Both the position numbers and the translations under genes were made by a program. The notes under the pieces were generated by a model, which worked only from the letters and a program-made list of their open reading frames with translations, was not told the DNA's origin and made no database searches. A stretch of DNA of 57,446 bases, counting the filler, from Sphacelaria rigidula (Eukaryota): NCBI GenBank assembly GCA_964200075.2. It is 3 parts of 3 records of this genome, joined end to end, with 100 filler letters (N's around TTAATTAATTAA, not from the genome) between each part and the next. Parts side by side here need not be neighbours in the genome. Positions count along the whole stretch, not along the records: positions 1 to 19,098 come from CAXNAA020000733.1; positions 19,199 to 38,275 come from CAXNAA020000734.1; 1 more part is not named here. One strand, given 5' to 3'. The first letter of the stretch is position 1. Every line of letters begins with the position of its first letter. Shown here piece by piece: positions 14,301-24,500 of the stretch.

Positions 14301-17300
14301 CGGCGACCAGCGGGCCGCCCGCCACTTGCGGCTTTGGATGATATTTTTGTCCCCATCACCTTCGCCACACAGCCCTTTTTGGTCGGGGTGAGCCGCGATT
14401 TCCCTCTTGGTTGCAAGCGGCAAATTCTCTTCGAAGGGTATGAGCGTTGCGGCGCGCCAGTCAGCGCTGACTTGTCAGTAGTCTAGTTGGTTGTTCCCAA
14501 AATACGTACAGGACAGTACAGTGCAGCACGCCGCTCCGACTGCAGCAGCAGCTGCCGCTGCACACCCCCATGCACGTTCTTGGCAGTTCTCAGCTGCCGA
14601 GATCAACTGCCTATATACCGCTTCTTCATCCCCGCCCACTATATACATGTTACCTGCACACTGCAAGGCATCGGCAGAGGGATAGGTGGGATTCATGACG
14701 GTGGCTCCTTTCGTCTTTCCAAGGCCCATTTGGGTTTTTAGCGCCTCGTGAAAATGACCACCTTGTAGCATGTGCACTCTGTGTTGGCGTAATTGCCACG
14801 TTTCAGTATAGACTGGGGACCTAACAAAACTCTCGGGGAATCCCAGGAAGGCTATACCGAATGCAAGTAGAACGATAAGCCACGCTCCGAGTACCCTGGC
14901 TTTGGAATCCTGGGAAGGCTTGTCTGGGCCAGGGATAGGGCCCCCACACGATCTTTGCAGTGACATCACACTCGGCAACAGTCCCTGCGCTGGTCGTTCG
15001 GGTCTGGTCGATAAATTTCGCCTCGCCGTGATCGGGCAGGTCGCTCCCTGACTTTTTTTAATCATTTTTACTAACACATGGTCAACGTCGTGTTAGTGGG
15101 GGGTCGTCCCCAAAAGGGTTGAGGCGATTTTTGTGTACCCGCGACATGGTCGCTCTCCACCGTTGGGCATTGTGTGAATAAAAAATCCCAGATCGCTGCG
15201 AGATTTGAACCCCCGACACAACCGTCACAAGGTTTGGAGGTTACCAACTAAGTCACCGGGGTGACCGGGCCATGCGTAAAAAATACTTTTTTATTATATC
15301 CTGCCGATTTTCGAACCAACCTTTACATCGCAACTCTCGAAATTCAGGTGAAAATCGGTCTGCATTCTACATTTGCGTTTCAGACTGGTTTAGCTCCTAC
15401 TCTTTTGTTACAGTTAGTAGGCAGGGGGGTCCGTAGGCTATTCTCGGCCCAGGAGCTGTCATGCACAGCAGTCTACTTGCTTGCGCTCGGTATTACTTGC
15501 CCACCATCTGTGCCTATCACCGCCTAATTTTGCTACAGTATGGGAAGGCACCTTGCCGTGTGCACGTGTTGGCCAAAAAGCCAAGTTCCAATTAGCAAAT
15601 AATTTGTTGCACTATCCTTATCTGAATCAATCCATGACGGCAAGGGCCGGTTGTTTGTCTTTCTCGGTGCCAGTTGGTAATTGTTCGCCTGCTGCATCTG
15701 TTGTTTTCTTTTTTCTTGCTGCCTTTTCTTTTCTTCTACTCTTCAGTAGTCTCTATGTCCTACTTTTGTTTTCGTCATTTTCGCAATCCCCTTTCCCGAC
15801 GTTCCCTGAGCAGGGGTTGGCCCCGGCTGAATTCGTAGCGGGTCGGTGCCTGTGCGACAACTAACTATTCCCATGAATCAGCGAGTGCATAGTCGATCCA
15901 CGAATACATGCAGCGAAAGTTCCCGTTCGTCTGGGTGCTACCTGTAGCTCTGCGCGTCATCCCCCGTCAACACCCGTCCCTTACTACACTCCCCAAATGG
16001 AACTCGTGTAATCGTTCCGCAGGTCTGTCGACGCTCCCGATATGCGTCATCGATGTCGATGGCTTTTACGCAGGTGGGTTGCGTTTATTTTTGCAAATTC
16101 CACAAGTTTGCAGCGGTACCTGGATGTTCATGGTATTTCAAATACCCAGAACGCCGGGGTGCGAAAAGTACCGACTGTCGAAAGTATTCAGAATGGTACG
16201 CAGGATATCGGCTGTCGAACTGCTGGGTCGGATATGCAGGTTACTGAGTTTTGAAGGTACTGGGTATCTCAGGTTAACTCGCGTGGACCCTCCCCGAAGT
16301 ACTCGGTGTGGCACCTGTAATACTGGAGACAAGTTATGAGTATTCTGGGTACCCATTTTCATAATGACGATGGTATCGGGTACATCAGGGTACCTTCGGT
16401 CGGATGCGGGTACCTTCGGCATCCGACCCCTGCAATACCGCTGTGGTACCCGGAGTAATGAACACAACTTTGTGTACTCCGGGCACCCAGTGTACAGCGG
16501 CCATGGTTCCGGGTACCTCGGGGTACCTTGGGCTCTCGTGCTCCGAAGAATTCGGTGTGATACCCAGAGTACCCGGTGCAAGTACTGAGTACTCCGGTAC
16601 CCCGTGTGTCACTGGCCGGAAACACTCTGTAATTGCAGGAAGTAGTCAGAGCTCTGGCGTAGCCGGGGCATCGACATTAAACTTGCTAAGTGTTCCCGTG
16701 TGCTCTGGATGTCGACACCCCAAATGCGTTCGTACGCTATCTTTTCATGATCACCTTCGCGAGTTTGTTCATGCTACGGGGTTCGCGGATTCGTAGCATT
16801 TAGTAGGAAATATCGCAGATTTCAGCAAAAAACGTGCCCACGATTATTTTGAACAGCGCGGAAGGTGGTGACATGAGCTATGTGCTGCCAGTTATGAGGG
16901 TTTGGCGTGAGCCATCAAACTTTGAATGTATCCACGTATCATTCTCCGCACGCCACACTCCGCTTGCTACAGGCAAGACGTCTCGCATCATACAGGGTGC
17001 TATCTACCGTATTCTTGCCGTCACACGCCCCCACCACTTCATCGACAGTCGAAATAATTTTCTGCGTTCCGCTATCTTCATGCTGTATTTTTGGCGATCT
17101 CGCCGGTCAGGTTTTAAGACACAACTACAGCGGGCGTGCGATGACCTCCTTCTCTATGGAGACCCAGAACGACTCGTCCACTTCGAAACCACTCCAGAGG
17201 CGGTACGTGAACTTTCCCGGCACTGGGGTTGGGGTTATCGTTAGGCCCGGGATGGAGGCGGGTGTGGAGTTGAAGTTTCTACTAGCGGTAGGTGTGGGGT

Positions 17301-17685
17301 CATGGCGGGAGCTAGGGACAAGGTTATCGGGATGGGTCGCTGCTTGTCGACAGAAAAGTGCGGCGAAGTACGTATGATGTGCATCATGTGCCGCGGTTCT
17401 GTAGATGTTGATTTACTCTTACCGCAATACCGCGTCACATCTTTTGCGGTAGTTTGTATGTCTTGACATGCAGAGTAGCTTGTCTTGGTTGGTTGAACGC
17501 ATGACGACGTCTTCAATTCTCGCAACTCACTCGCACACGACGTTTTCACCTGGCCAACTTGTTTTTTCGAACATGAATCGATTGCGCTCTTCTTCCCTTC
17601 GACCGTGCTCCCGTCCCTTGTCATCATGTAGGCGTTGAATTGGTGCGAAGCCGAGCTCAAGGATCCCAACCGCGTTCAGAATATG
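8226..17685 (+). CDS. LOG: LOG (LONELY GUY) family nucleotide/cytokinin riboside 5'-monophosphate phosphoribohydrolase; spliced gene, partial at both ends
   Basis: Six AG/GT-bounded, phase-compatible exons (8226-8317, 10765-10908, 12093-12198, 16023-16073, 17111-17202, 17632-17685) join to xRTPESYRKASRTLGNLLADRGHVTINGAGKHGCMGALNDGVTERCGRVRGVIHEMW...GLQERKRALTADADCIIALPGGMGTWDELWEAACLKGIGLSTLPICVIDVDGFYAGFKTQLQRACDDLLLYGDPERLVHFETTPEAALNWCEAE. This contains the LOG signature PGGxGTxxE, the upstream RK motif and the GxxGxMGA motif. Confidence 0.9.
8681..8994 (-). mobile_element. Possible non-autonomous Helitron/Helentron-like element
   Basis: About 300 bp bounded by identical TACTAGTAG (8681-8689 and 8986-8994). 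On the minus strand it ends with the short hairpin gccgtagcagtggc followed by CTAGt. No TIRs. Confidence 0.3.
8998..9312 (+). mobile_element. tRNA-derived SINE, family 2, copy 1
   Basis: B-box-like GGTTCGATTC at about 9062; colinear similarity to 49558-49870 (gacgcggtgcg, tgatcca, aaggcgtgt-ccggggaga, gaggaag, agtgc-aaaaa). Confidence 0.6.
10765..10908 (+). CDS. LOG: LOG exon B
   Basis: acag|catggg ... ttgcag|gtgtgg; encodes HGCMGALNDGVTERCGRVRGVIHEMWIVDKSEHPGIKDLTVVGGEGLQ. Confidence 0.87.
12093..12198 (+). CDS. LOG: LOG exon C (catalytic signature)
   Basis: gtcag|gaacga ... ggaatag|gtgcga; encodes ERKRALTADADCIIALPGGMGTWDELWEAACLKGI. Confidence 0.92.
13844..15268 (-). mobile_element. tRNA-derived SINE, family 1, interrupted by a DNA transposon
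   Basis: Head at about 15123-15268 with A/B boxes (minus strand tgacttagttgg, ggttcaaatc); body and tail at 13844-14056. Both halves match the intact copy at 21218-21556. Confidence 0.8.
14061..15118. mobile_element. piggyBac-like non-autonomous DNA transposon (1058 bp)
   Basis: ttaa|CCCTTTTAGGAC ... GTCCCCAAAAGGG|ttga: short TIRs starting CCC and a tetranucleotide target. It splits a SINE cleanly. No convincing transposase inside. Confidence 0.7.
16023..16073 (+). CDS. LOG: LOG exon D
   Basis: ccgcag|gtctg ... tacgcag|gtgggt; encodes GLSTLPICVIDVDGFYA, matching the LOG PIxxLNxxGFY segment; phase 1 at both ends. Confidence 0.85.
17111..17202 (+). CDS. LOG: LOG exon E
   Basis: gtcag|gtttt ... 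gaggcg|gtacgt; encodes GFKTQLQRACDDLLLYGDPERLVHFETTPEA. Confidence 0.82.
17632..17685 (+). CDS. LOG: LOG exon F (ends on a splice donor, so the gene continues)
   Basis: Pyrimidine tract, then tag|gcgttg ... aatatg|gtgagg; encodes ALNWCEAELKDPNRVQNM. Confidence 0.72.
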
Positions 17686-19098
17686 GTGAGGACACTTGTA
17701 CTGCCAACGTTGAGGACGATTTTAGGCACTAATTATAGAATCGAAATGTTCGGTTCATGGAATTCCTCTCCACCAATGAAGAGCACGTCCGAGGGTGGTC
17801 GTCAGCGGATATTGCGAACACCATGATGAATCACCAGATAATGATACATGTGGAGAACCGTGCCGCCTGACTCTAATGCACGTTTCCCGCCTGACACATG
17901 GTCGATTTTCGGCGATTCATCATGCAGTAATTTTTCGTGGTGGGCGACCATCAATCGTTTTTCCGCGTGCCACCGGTCACCCCAGTAAACGCTTGATCGC
18001 GAAGTTTGGATATCCGTATGTACTGCGCATCCGCTCTACATTCCGAAACAAAAGTCGTCCCTGCGCTCAATATTGAGCGACCGACGGGCTTAGTTGACAG
18101 GGTGTTCCTGGTCGTTCGTGGTCCGAAACAAGTCATTTTCGGCCTTGGCACAATGAAAAGGTGGAAATAAAAAATATGGGTGTGTAAATGTGTTCACGAA
18201 AGCGATCGGGATTGTTTCAACCCCCCTGTGCTATGCAGGGCTCGTTCGGACTTTGTTCGTTTTTGGTCACTTTTTGACTTTTCTCGTGTACTGTTTTTCT
18301 GTTGTATTAGAAAATCCTAGCGTCGATCTACATCGAGAAAATGAGCAGGTCATGCTCAGGGGACGAGAATCAATTGATGTTGTCGGGGTGATACGGAGTA
18401 AGTACTTCGTGTACCAGGGGAAGTTATCGACCGTCAATGACGAAAAAGAACACGGTTTGTCGGCTCTAGCGAAATGGAGAGGTGAAAATTACAGGAAACA
18501 TTCCTTTTCATTTGTTCACAAGAACGATCAGGATTGCTTTAATGGAGCAAATATGCCCGAGGGTCATAACCTGGAGCTGTGTAGTCGCAGGACCCCCCTA
18601 AAACGGATCAGCCCGTAAGTCGTTCACTACTGAGTGCAGAGATGGCATTGTTTCGGATGTGGAGCGGATGCCTAGGATTTCTCGATTCTCGCACTTTGGG
18701 ATCAAACGTTCAATGAGATGAGTGGTGGCACGCGGAAAAACTACCGAAAATCACCGACTACGAACAAGTTACAAAAATCACGTATTTCACATTAACCCTT
18801 TGGGAACCCTCCCCTCCCGTCCCCGGGCCACACGCCTCATTATGAGAAGCCCTGACAAAGAAGAAAAGATGGAAACAGAAAAGACCGACGGCAACTACTG
18901 TGGAGGACCAAAGAAGACTTCAGATGCACACGTCATGGATGTACCGAAAATGAAATCCCGGAACGGTCCAGTTGGGTTTGTCCAATGATATCACGCGACG
19001 GGCGGAGTGTGTCCAATTGTGTGCATCGACGAAACTCTCTCAAAACTGTACAAACTCCTCTACATGTGATTTTTGTCAGTAGAATCTGTGAAAAACCT

Positions 19099-19198
19099 NN
19101 NNNNNNNNNNNNNNNNNNNNNNNNNNNNNNNNNNNNNNNNNNTTAATTAATTAANNNNNNNNNNNNNNNNNNNNNNNNNNNNNNNNNNNNNNNNNNNN
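19099..19198. other. Assembly gap with a TTAATTAATTAA spacer
   Basis: 44 N + ttaattaattaa + 44 N; identical construct at 38276-38375. Confidence 0.97.
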
Positions 19199-19921
19199 GG
19201 CAAGCAGGCCGAAGAAATCGTAAATTTGGTGATTTTGAGTCGTGATGATTTGTCCTAACCGTGATTCCTTCGTACATTGATGCTATGATGAACGCATCCT
19301 TCCATTGTTTTGTTTTTGCTTTTATTTGTTGTACATGGGGATGTGCACACGTGACGGCTAACAGAGTCGCAATCAATTAACCCCCCTTTCCACGCTTACA
19401 TGATTACAGCACTCAAAATCTAAAATAACACATTTTCGTGGATTTGTCTTCATCGGGGATACTACATGGTGTTTTCACGTGCCACCACTCATCCCAGCGA
19501 ACATTTTCTCCCAAAGTTTGGTGTTCGGGAAATATTCATCATCCCCTCTACCTTCGAAAAAAACCCAGCTGTGCTCATTATTGAATATTCAAGCGGTGAC
19601 CGATGTTCGAGAGTCCTCAGATTACCCAGCCCCAGGTTTTGACCCCTGAGTACTTTGCTCGATTCAACCCATTCCAATCACTTTCACAAAATGAAAGGAT
19701 TGTTTTTTCGAATGTGTACCTGTTGATTGCGCTGGAGCCGAAAAAAGTGTTGTCAGGACCAGTGACGGTCGATAACACTCCCTGATAAATAAGGAACTTA
19801 CTCCGTATCATCCCGAAAACATTAATTGAGGACTGTGTTCTGGGCATGACCTGCTTCTCTTCCCAATATCTACCCCACGACTTTTAAGCGCCAAGGACGG
19901 ATACTACACGAGAAAATTCCA

Positions 19922-20882
19922 CACCCTGGACAGGACAATACGGAGTATGTAATATGTTTTGCCCGCTCGGTATGTCGATGCGTCGGTTGGTCAAAATATA
20001 TTGGGAGAGCAATATGGTGACACGCGAGACAGGTCAATATATTTTGTGTCAATAATGTGTTGAGGCGCGCGACATGCAGTATGTATCGACCGAAGAATAT
20101 ATCACGACACGCGCCACCTCAACATATATTGGCCGAGTGATATGTGGTGCGCTAAGGCGCCACTATATATTTGTCGAATAAATATATCTTGGCTGCCACA
20201 CGAGGTCAATATATATCGACGATTCAATATACTCAACACCCGAAGCGCCGATATATATCGCCGCCATAATATGCCGTGCGTCAATTCGTCCATTATATGT
20301 GGGGCGAACAATACACGAGGGAACCGGCCGTTACAGCACACATTGGTGTAGAAACATATACTGATGAGTCAAATTGAACATTTGAAAGTGTAAAAGTGTT
20401 CGTATTGTGGGCAATCGCATGTCCGCGGGCGCCGTTGAACAATGTATCACGAGATACCCAAAACGCCCAATATATTCCTCCGCGAGCGTGTCAACTGTAT
20501 ATATTGGCTGCACGATAGCTATGCGATTAGGGTGCGTGCGCATACATATCGGAAAAAGAACATTTTTGCATGGTTTTTGTTCAATATATATTATGACAAA
20601 AATACGTTACGCATCGTTCCGACTCAACACATGCTGATTCTTCAATGCATACAAGGCCGGCATGAACAATATATATTGAATGTTTGGTTCCAGGATCAAA
20701 TGAATGTCCAACATGTGTTGTCATGCAGTACATGACGGTCATGACACGAGAAACATTCATCGTTGCTTCAATGTTTCCGAGTACATCTCAACACAGGATA
20801 TATGGAGAGAAAACTATTTCTGCTGTCTCCAAAATACAATTTTGGTATCATATGGGAACATATTGTATTATTGCCCAGGGTA
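19922..20882. mobile_element. Putative MITE with many ATATATTG/CAATATAT internal motifs
   Basis: Ends caccctggacagg-acaatac and gtattattgcccagggta are imperfectly inverted; the interior is dense in aatatat/atatatt motifs. Confidence 0.4.
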
Positions 20883-21217
20883 TAAGGAACACAGCACCGG
20901 TGACCACAGGGGTAACAAAAGGCGTATACTGACCCACGTTTTCTGCCGTCGTACTGTTTAGCCAAGATATATTGCATACTGTGAAGTGAATGGGCGGCAC
21001 TGCATCGGTTGTCAGATAAGTATCAGAACCATATATACCGGGTCGCCGTTTTTGTCACCTCACTTTCCGGCCAATATATACATCAAACTCATTTGAAAAC
21101 TCTCCGTAGCCATGCACGCGAACTTCTGCGGCTTCCTTTGAAGCTTTTCCCAACCTGCACGGGCTCCCGCATACATCGCGTCTGGATCTTCCTCAAAGGG
21201 TACACCATACTTATCAG

Positions 21218-21556
21218 CCGGTCGCCCCGGTGGCTCAGTTCGAAACCTCGAAACCTTCTGACGGTTGGGGCGTGGGTTCGAGTCTCGGAACGATCTGGAA
21301 TTTTTACTCACATAATGCCCAACAGCAGCTATGTCGTGGGTACATAAATTCGACCCAACGGTCGACGAGGGAAAGGGACTGGTAAGCCCATCTCGCGATA
21401 ATATATAAAGGTCGGCACCGCAGAAGGAAGGTAGAGAACTAAAACAAGACAAGAAAACGCTCCTGTGTTGGCCCTCCTCCTGTGTAACCCCGGCTGGTGC
21501 GCCCACATATACCGAGAGGTGTAGACCGACGTCCAGAATAAATTGGAGGACAACAC
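21218..21556 (+). mobile_element. tRNA-derived SINE, family 1, intact reference copy (about 340 bp)
   Basis: ccggtcgccccgg-TGGCTCAGTTCG (A box) ... GGTTCGAGTC (B box), then a unique body ending gacaacac. Three other copies lie in this window. Confidence 0.8.
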
Positions 21557-24500
21557 TCAATACTGTCGAACGGCCTTCCAGGTTGGCGGGACCTTGCAGA
21601 GCCCATGTCCCTGCAGGACCGCGATGTTGGCGATTGCCGTCTCTACGGCCTCCGGTACACGGGTTGCCGCAAGCGGTTGGTGCGGCAAGGTGGCAGAGTC
21701 ATTGTCTTTCGACTCCTTCGAGATTCCATAGTCGCCCCCATCGTTTGACCTTGTCGAACCACCACTATACTCGCCACCAGTGGTCGGTCGACAAGCTTTA
21801 CTCAAATATGCGTCCATTTTCTACTGTTTTTCGGCTGTGTTTTTTCGACACAAACGGTTGCCTCGCTTTCGTCATGCGGTGAAGGGATGGGGATTGGTGG
21901 GTGGTCTGTAGGGAGCAGAGAGTCACAGATACACGTTTGCCCGGACAGCTGAGAGCCATAGGTGTATGTTTTACCGGGCAGCTGGCAGCCATTTCACTAT
22001 TTTCGCAGCTGACAGCCGAAAATAGCACACATCCTGAGAGCTGACTAGCTTGTACACAACAGGGGTATCTGAAACTCGAGGCTCCAGGTATACTTCACAG
22101 TAACCTACATCATGAACTCCCGGAACTTACTTCGAGTTTGAAATACCTCCAACGGTCGTACTATGTTTGCTGGCTCTGGGTCATGGGATATTTTCGGCGA
22201 AAGTGAAGCCGATTTATCAGCAAACGTAACCTCACGGCTGAAGGGTCAGGTGAGTTATGAATCGGACAGATAACCTGGAGAGGAACACCATTGGAATGAG
22301 CTGTGAGATGTTGAAGCATACACGCGTCAGTCGAAAAAAAACAAAAAAGAGTCTACAACCGTGACGAGTGAAGCGTGTCTGTACATTCGAAGCCTGGGGA
22401 GAACAACGGGAGAAATGGAAACAGAGGAAACATCCGTGCTCAAAACCGGCTACGTGGTATGTTGGCTAGCAGGGACCAAGGATACCGTCAGTTGTCGGTT
22501 TGAAGCTTTGTTGGCACCCACCTTCGGGGGTGGTTGGCATTAATAAAACATGCTTCCCGCCCCGCAAACCTGCCCCTTGCGCAAAGCTCTATCAACATAC
22601 CAACTCGAAGGCCGAGTACAAATCGAAATAGTGACGATCCAGGATATACGTGGTTCATGGGAGCGGGATAACTTCTCCTAGTCCACTTGAACTAAATTGA
22701 ATTCACACGAGTAATCATTTGTTCGAGATGAAGAATGCTGGACAGGACCTGAAAGGGTTAGTGCTACGGATGCCTTTGCCTGTGATACCCAACATCGAAG
22801 CGACTTTGTGCTAATGCGCTGAGAGCAAACGCATTAGTATACGTACGGAACGGTGGCCTGAACAGCCAGTCAATTTCTGATGTAAGAGCAAGGAGTACAA
22901 CTGTGAACCTGCCGCACGACCGGAGTACTGTTCCGTAGTGCCGTGAGGATCAGCATCGTTTTCCTATCCGCCCGCTTCCTCAATATCGAAGGGTTTCATG
23001 GAGTGAGGTGGGGCAATCCGACGTTGAGCGAGTAGAATTGTAACGCTGCGAATTGATGTGAACGGAATAGAACACGAATCTGAAGGATCAACCCATCCCC
23101 CTCTCGCTCGGTACTTGCCTTGCATTTCCGTATCGCGGATTGGATGATGACCAAACACTCCCGCATCGCATCGACTATAGTTTTACAAACTCATCTATGA
23201 ACGCTCCTCACTCCACCCTTCGTACATTTCGTGCGTTTCAACCTTTCACAGAATCGGCAACGTTAGCTGCGCGTCGAAGTTCCCCCGGAAGAAATCGGAG
23301 TCATGTGTGCAGAGTACAGCCTGAAATCCCCCAACATTCGTCACCATGTGCAGAGTTACGAAATTACGAGGGCTCCTTTTGCTATTTTTCCCACGTGATA
23401 TTCACCTTGGCAAAACCGCAGCAGTTGGTGAATGGAACGTTACAATGAAGGGTCACAAATATCACTTCCATCGAAACTGTTACCAAGCAAATGACTTACT
23501 TCGGTTCCAATCCAAACCGTGACCGAGCAACTCATGTGCTTCCGTTCCCGTCCAAACAATACCCGCCCGAATACAGCTATTCCTGTGTTTTTTCATCACC
23601 GTCTCGACATATTCCGCACAAGAATGTTGCGCCAAACTGCTGTGCAGGAAAGCAATGAATGAATTGCCAAAAGCAGTCGACATGACGTCACCTCAGTGGG
23701 ACAGTGGTAAACGTCTGCAATCTCTGGTGAATAGGCCGAACTTGTAATACTCGCCAGGCCACTTCCGATTATTTATTAATCTATTCCTTTCATTTTTCGT
23801 GGATGACATTTGTTTCCAGTTTTGTTTCAAGGGTCCTGCCGTTCTTCAGTTGGTGGACACGCGCGTACTGAAGCGTGATTGCACTATAATACGCACCACA
23901 CGAAATGACACGCGACCGGAGGTAAGTAAGCACTTCACGTTCCTGTATGGAAGAGAATGACTGTGTCTTTCACGGTTTCTGGTCACTGAAAAAGTACTTG
24001 ATATTACTGGGTGTAGCTGTGGATTCAGCTTGCCGTCTTTCTTCTTTTGGCGGCGAAAGACTGCGTTCAGTAGGCTAAGCTTGCATTTGAGTTATGCGAG
24101 CAACAAGTGCACGAACGAGTGTTGTTCGAATGTCTAAGTATACGTCGCAGTGGCGGGTTGCCACACGCTGAAGATAATGCTCTCGAATATAAGATACCGT
24201 TCATTTATCGCGGTGACTGCTTCCTGTACCAATGGGTATCGAGGTGATCAGTCACCATCCAAACCTTACCGTCCACTACCATGGTGGTTGGATACCGCGG
24301 GAAGTGGTACCAACCTCAAAAGGTCATAGAGAACAAACCTCGGAGAACACAGCGGCGGTGAAAGCTCACTACCGTACCAACAGGCGAACGGTAGACGCGA
24401 TGCTGCCAGTCGATGGTTCGGGGGTGATGAAGGGGGCAACACCCACCTGACCCTTTCGGGCCCCACGCCGTGTTGGTACTACACGAAGGAAGGGTTGACA

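Noticed and set aside
14475..15077. 200-aa minus-strand ORF as a piggyBac transposase
   Set aside because: Only a PDKP fragment is suggestive; no DDD catalytic motifs are recognisable.
16110..16630. Overlapping ORFs in a GTAC/GGTACC-rich tract (similar tracts at 46520-46760 and an ACGT-rich one at 7230-7830)
   Set aside because: Low-complexity motif arrays typical of TE subterminal DNA; I could not define TIRs or TSDs, and the ORFs show no protein motifs.
19143..19154. TTAATTAATTAA palindrome (also 38320-38331)
   Set aside because: Centred in identical 100-bp N gaps and gives stops in all frames; an artificial scaffolding spacer.
21218..21300. tRNA gene (also heads at 38925, about 15190-15268, about 44870-44962, 9000 and 49560)
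   Set aside because: A/B boxes are present but there is no complete cloverleaf, and each head continues into a shared SINE body.
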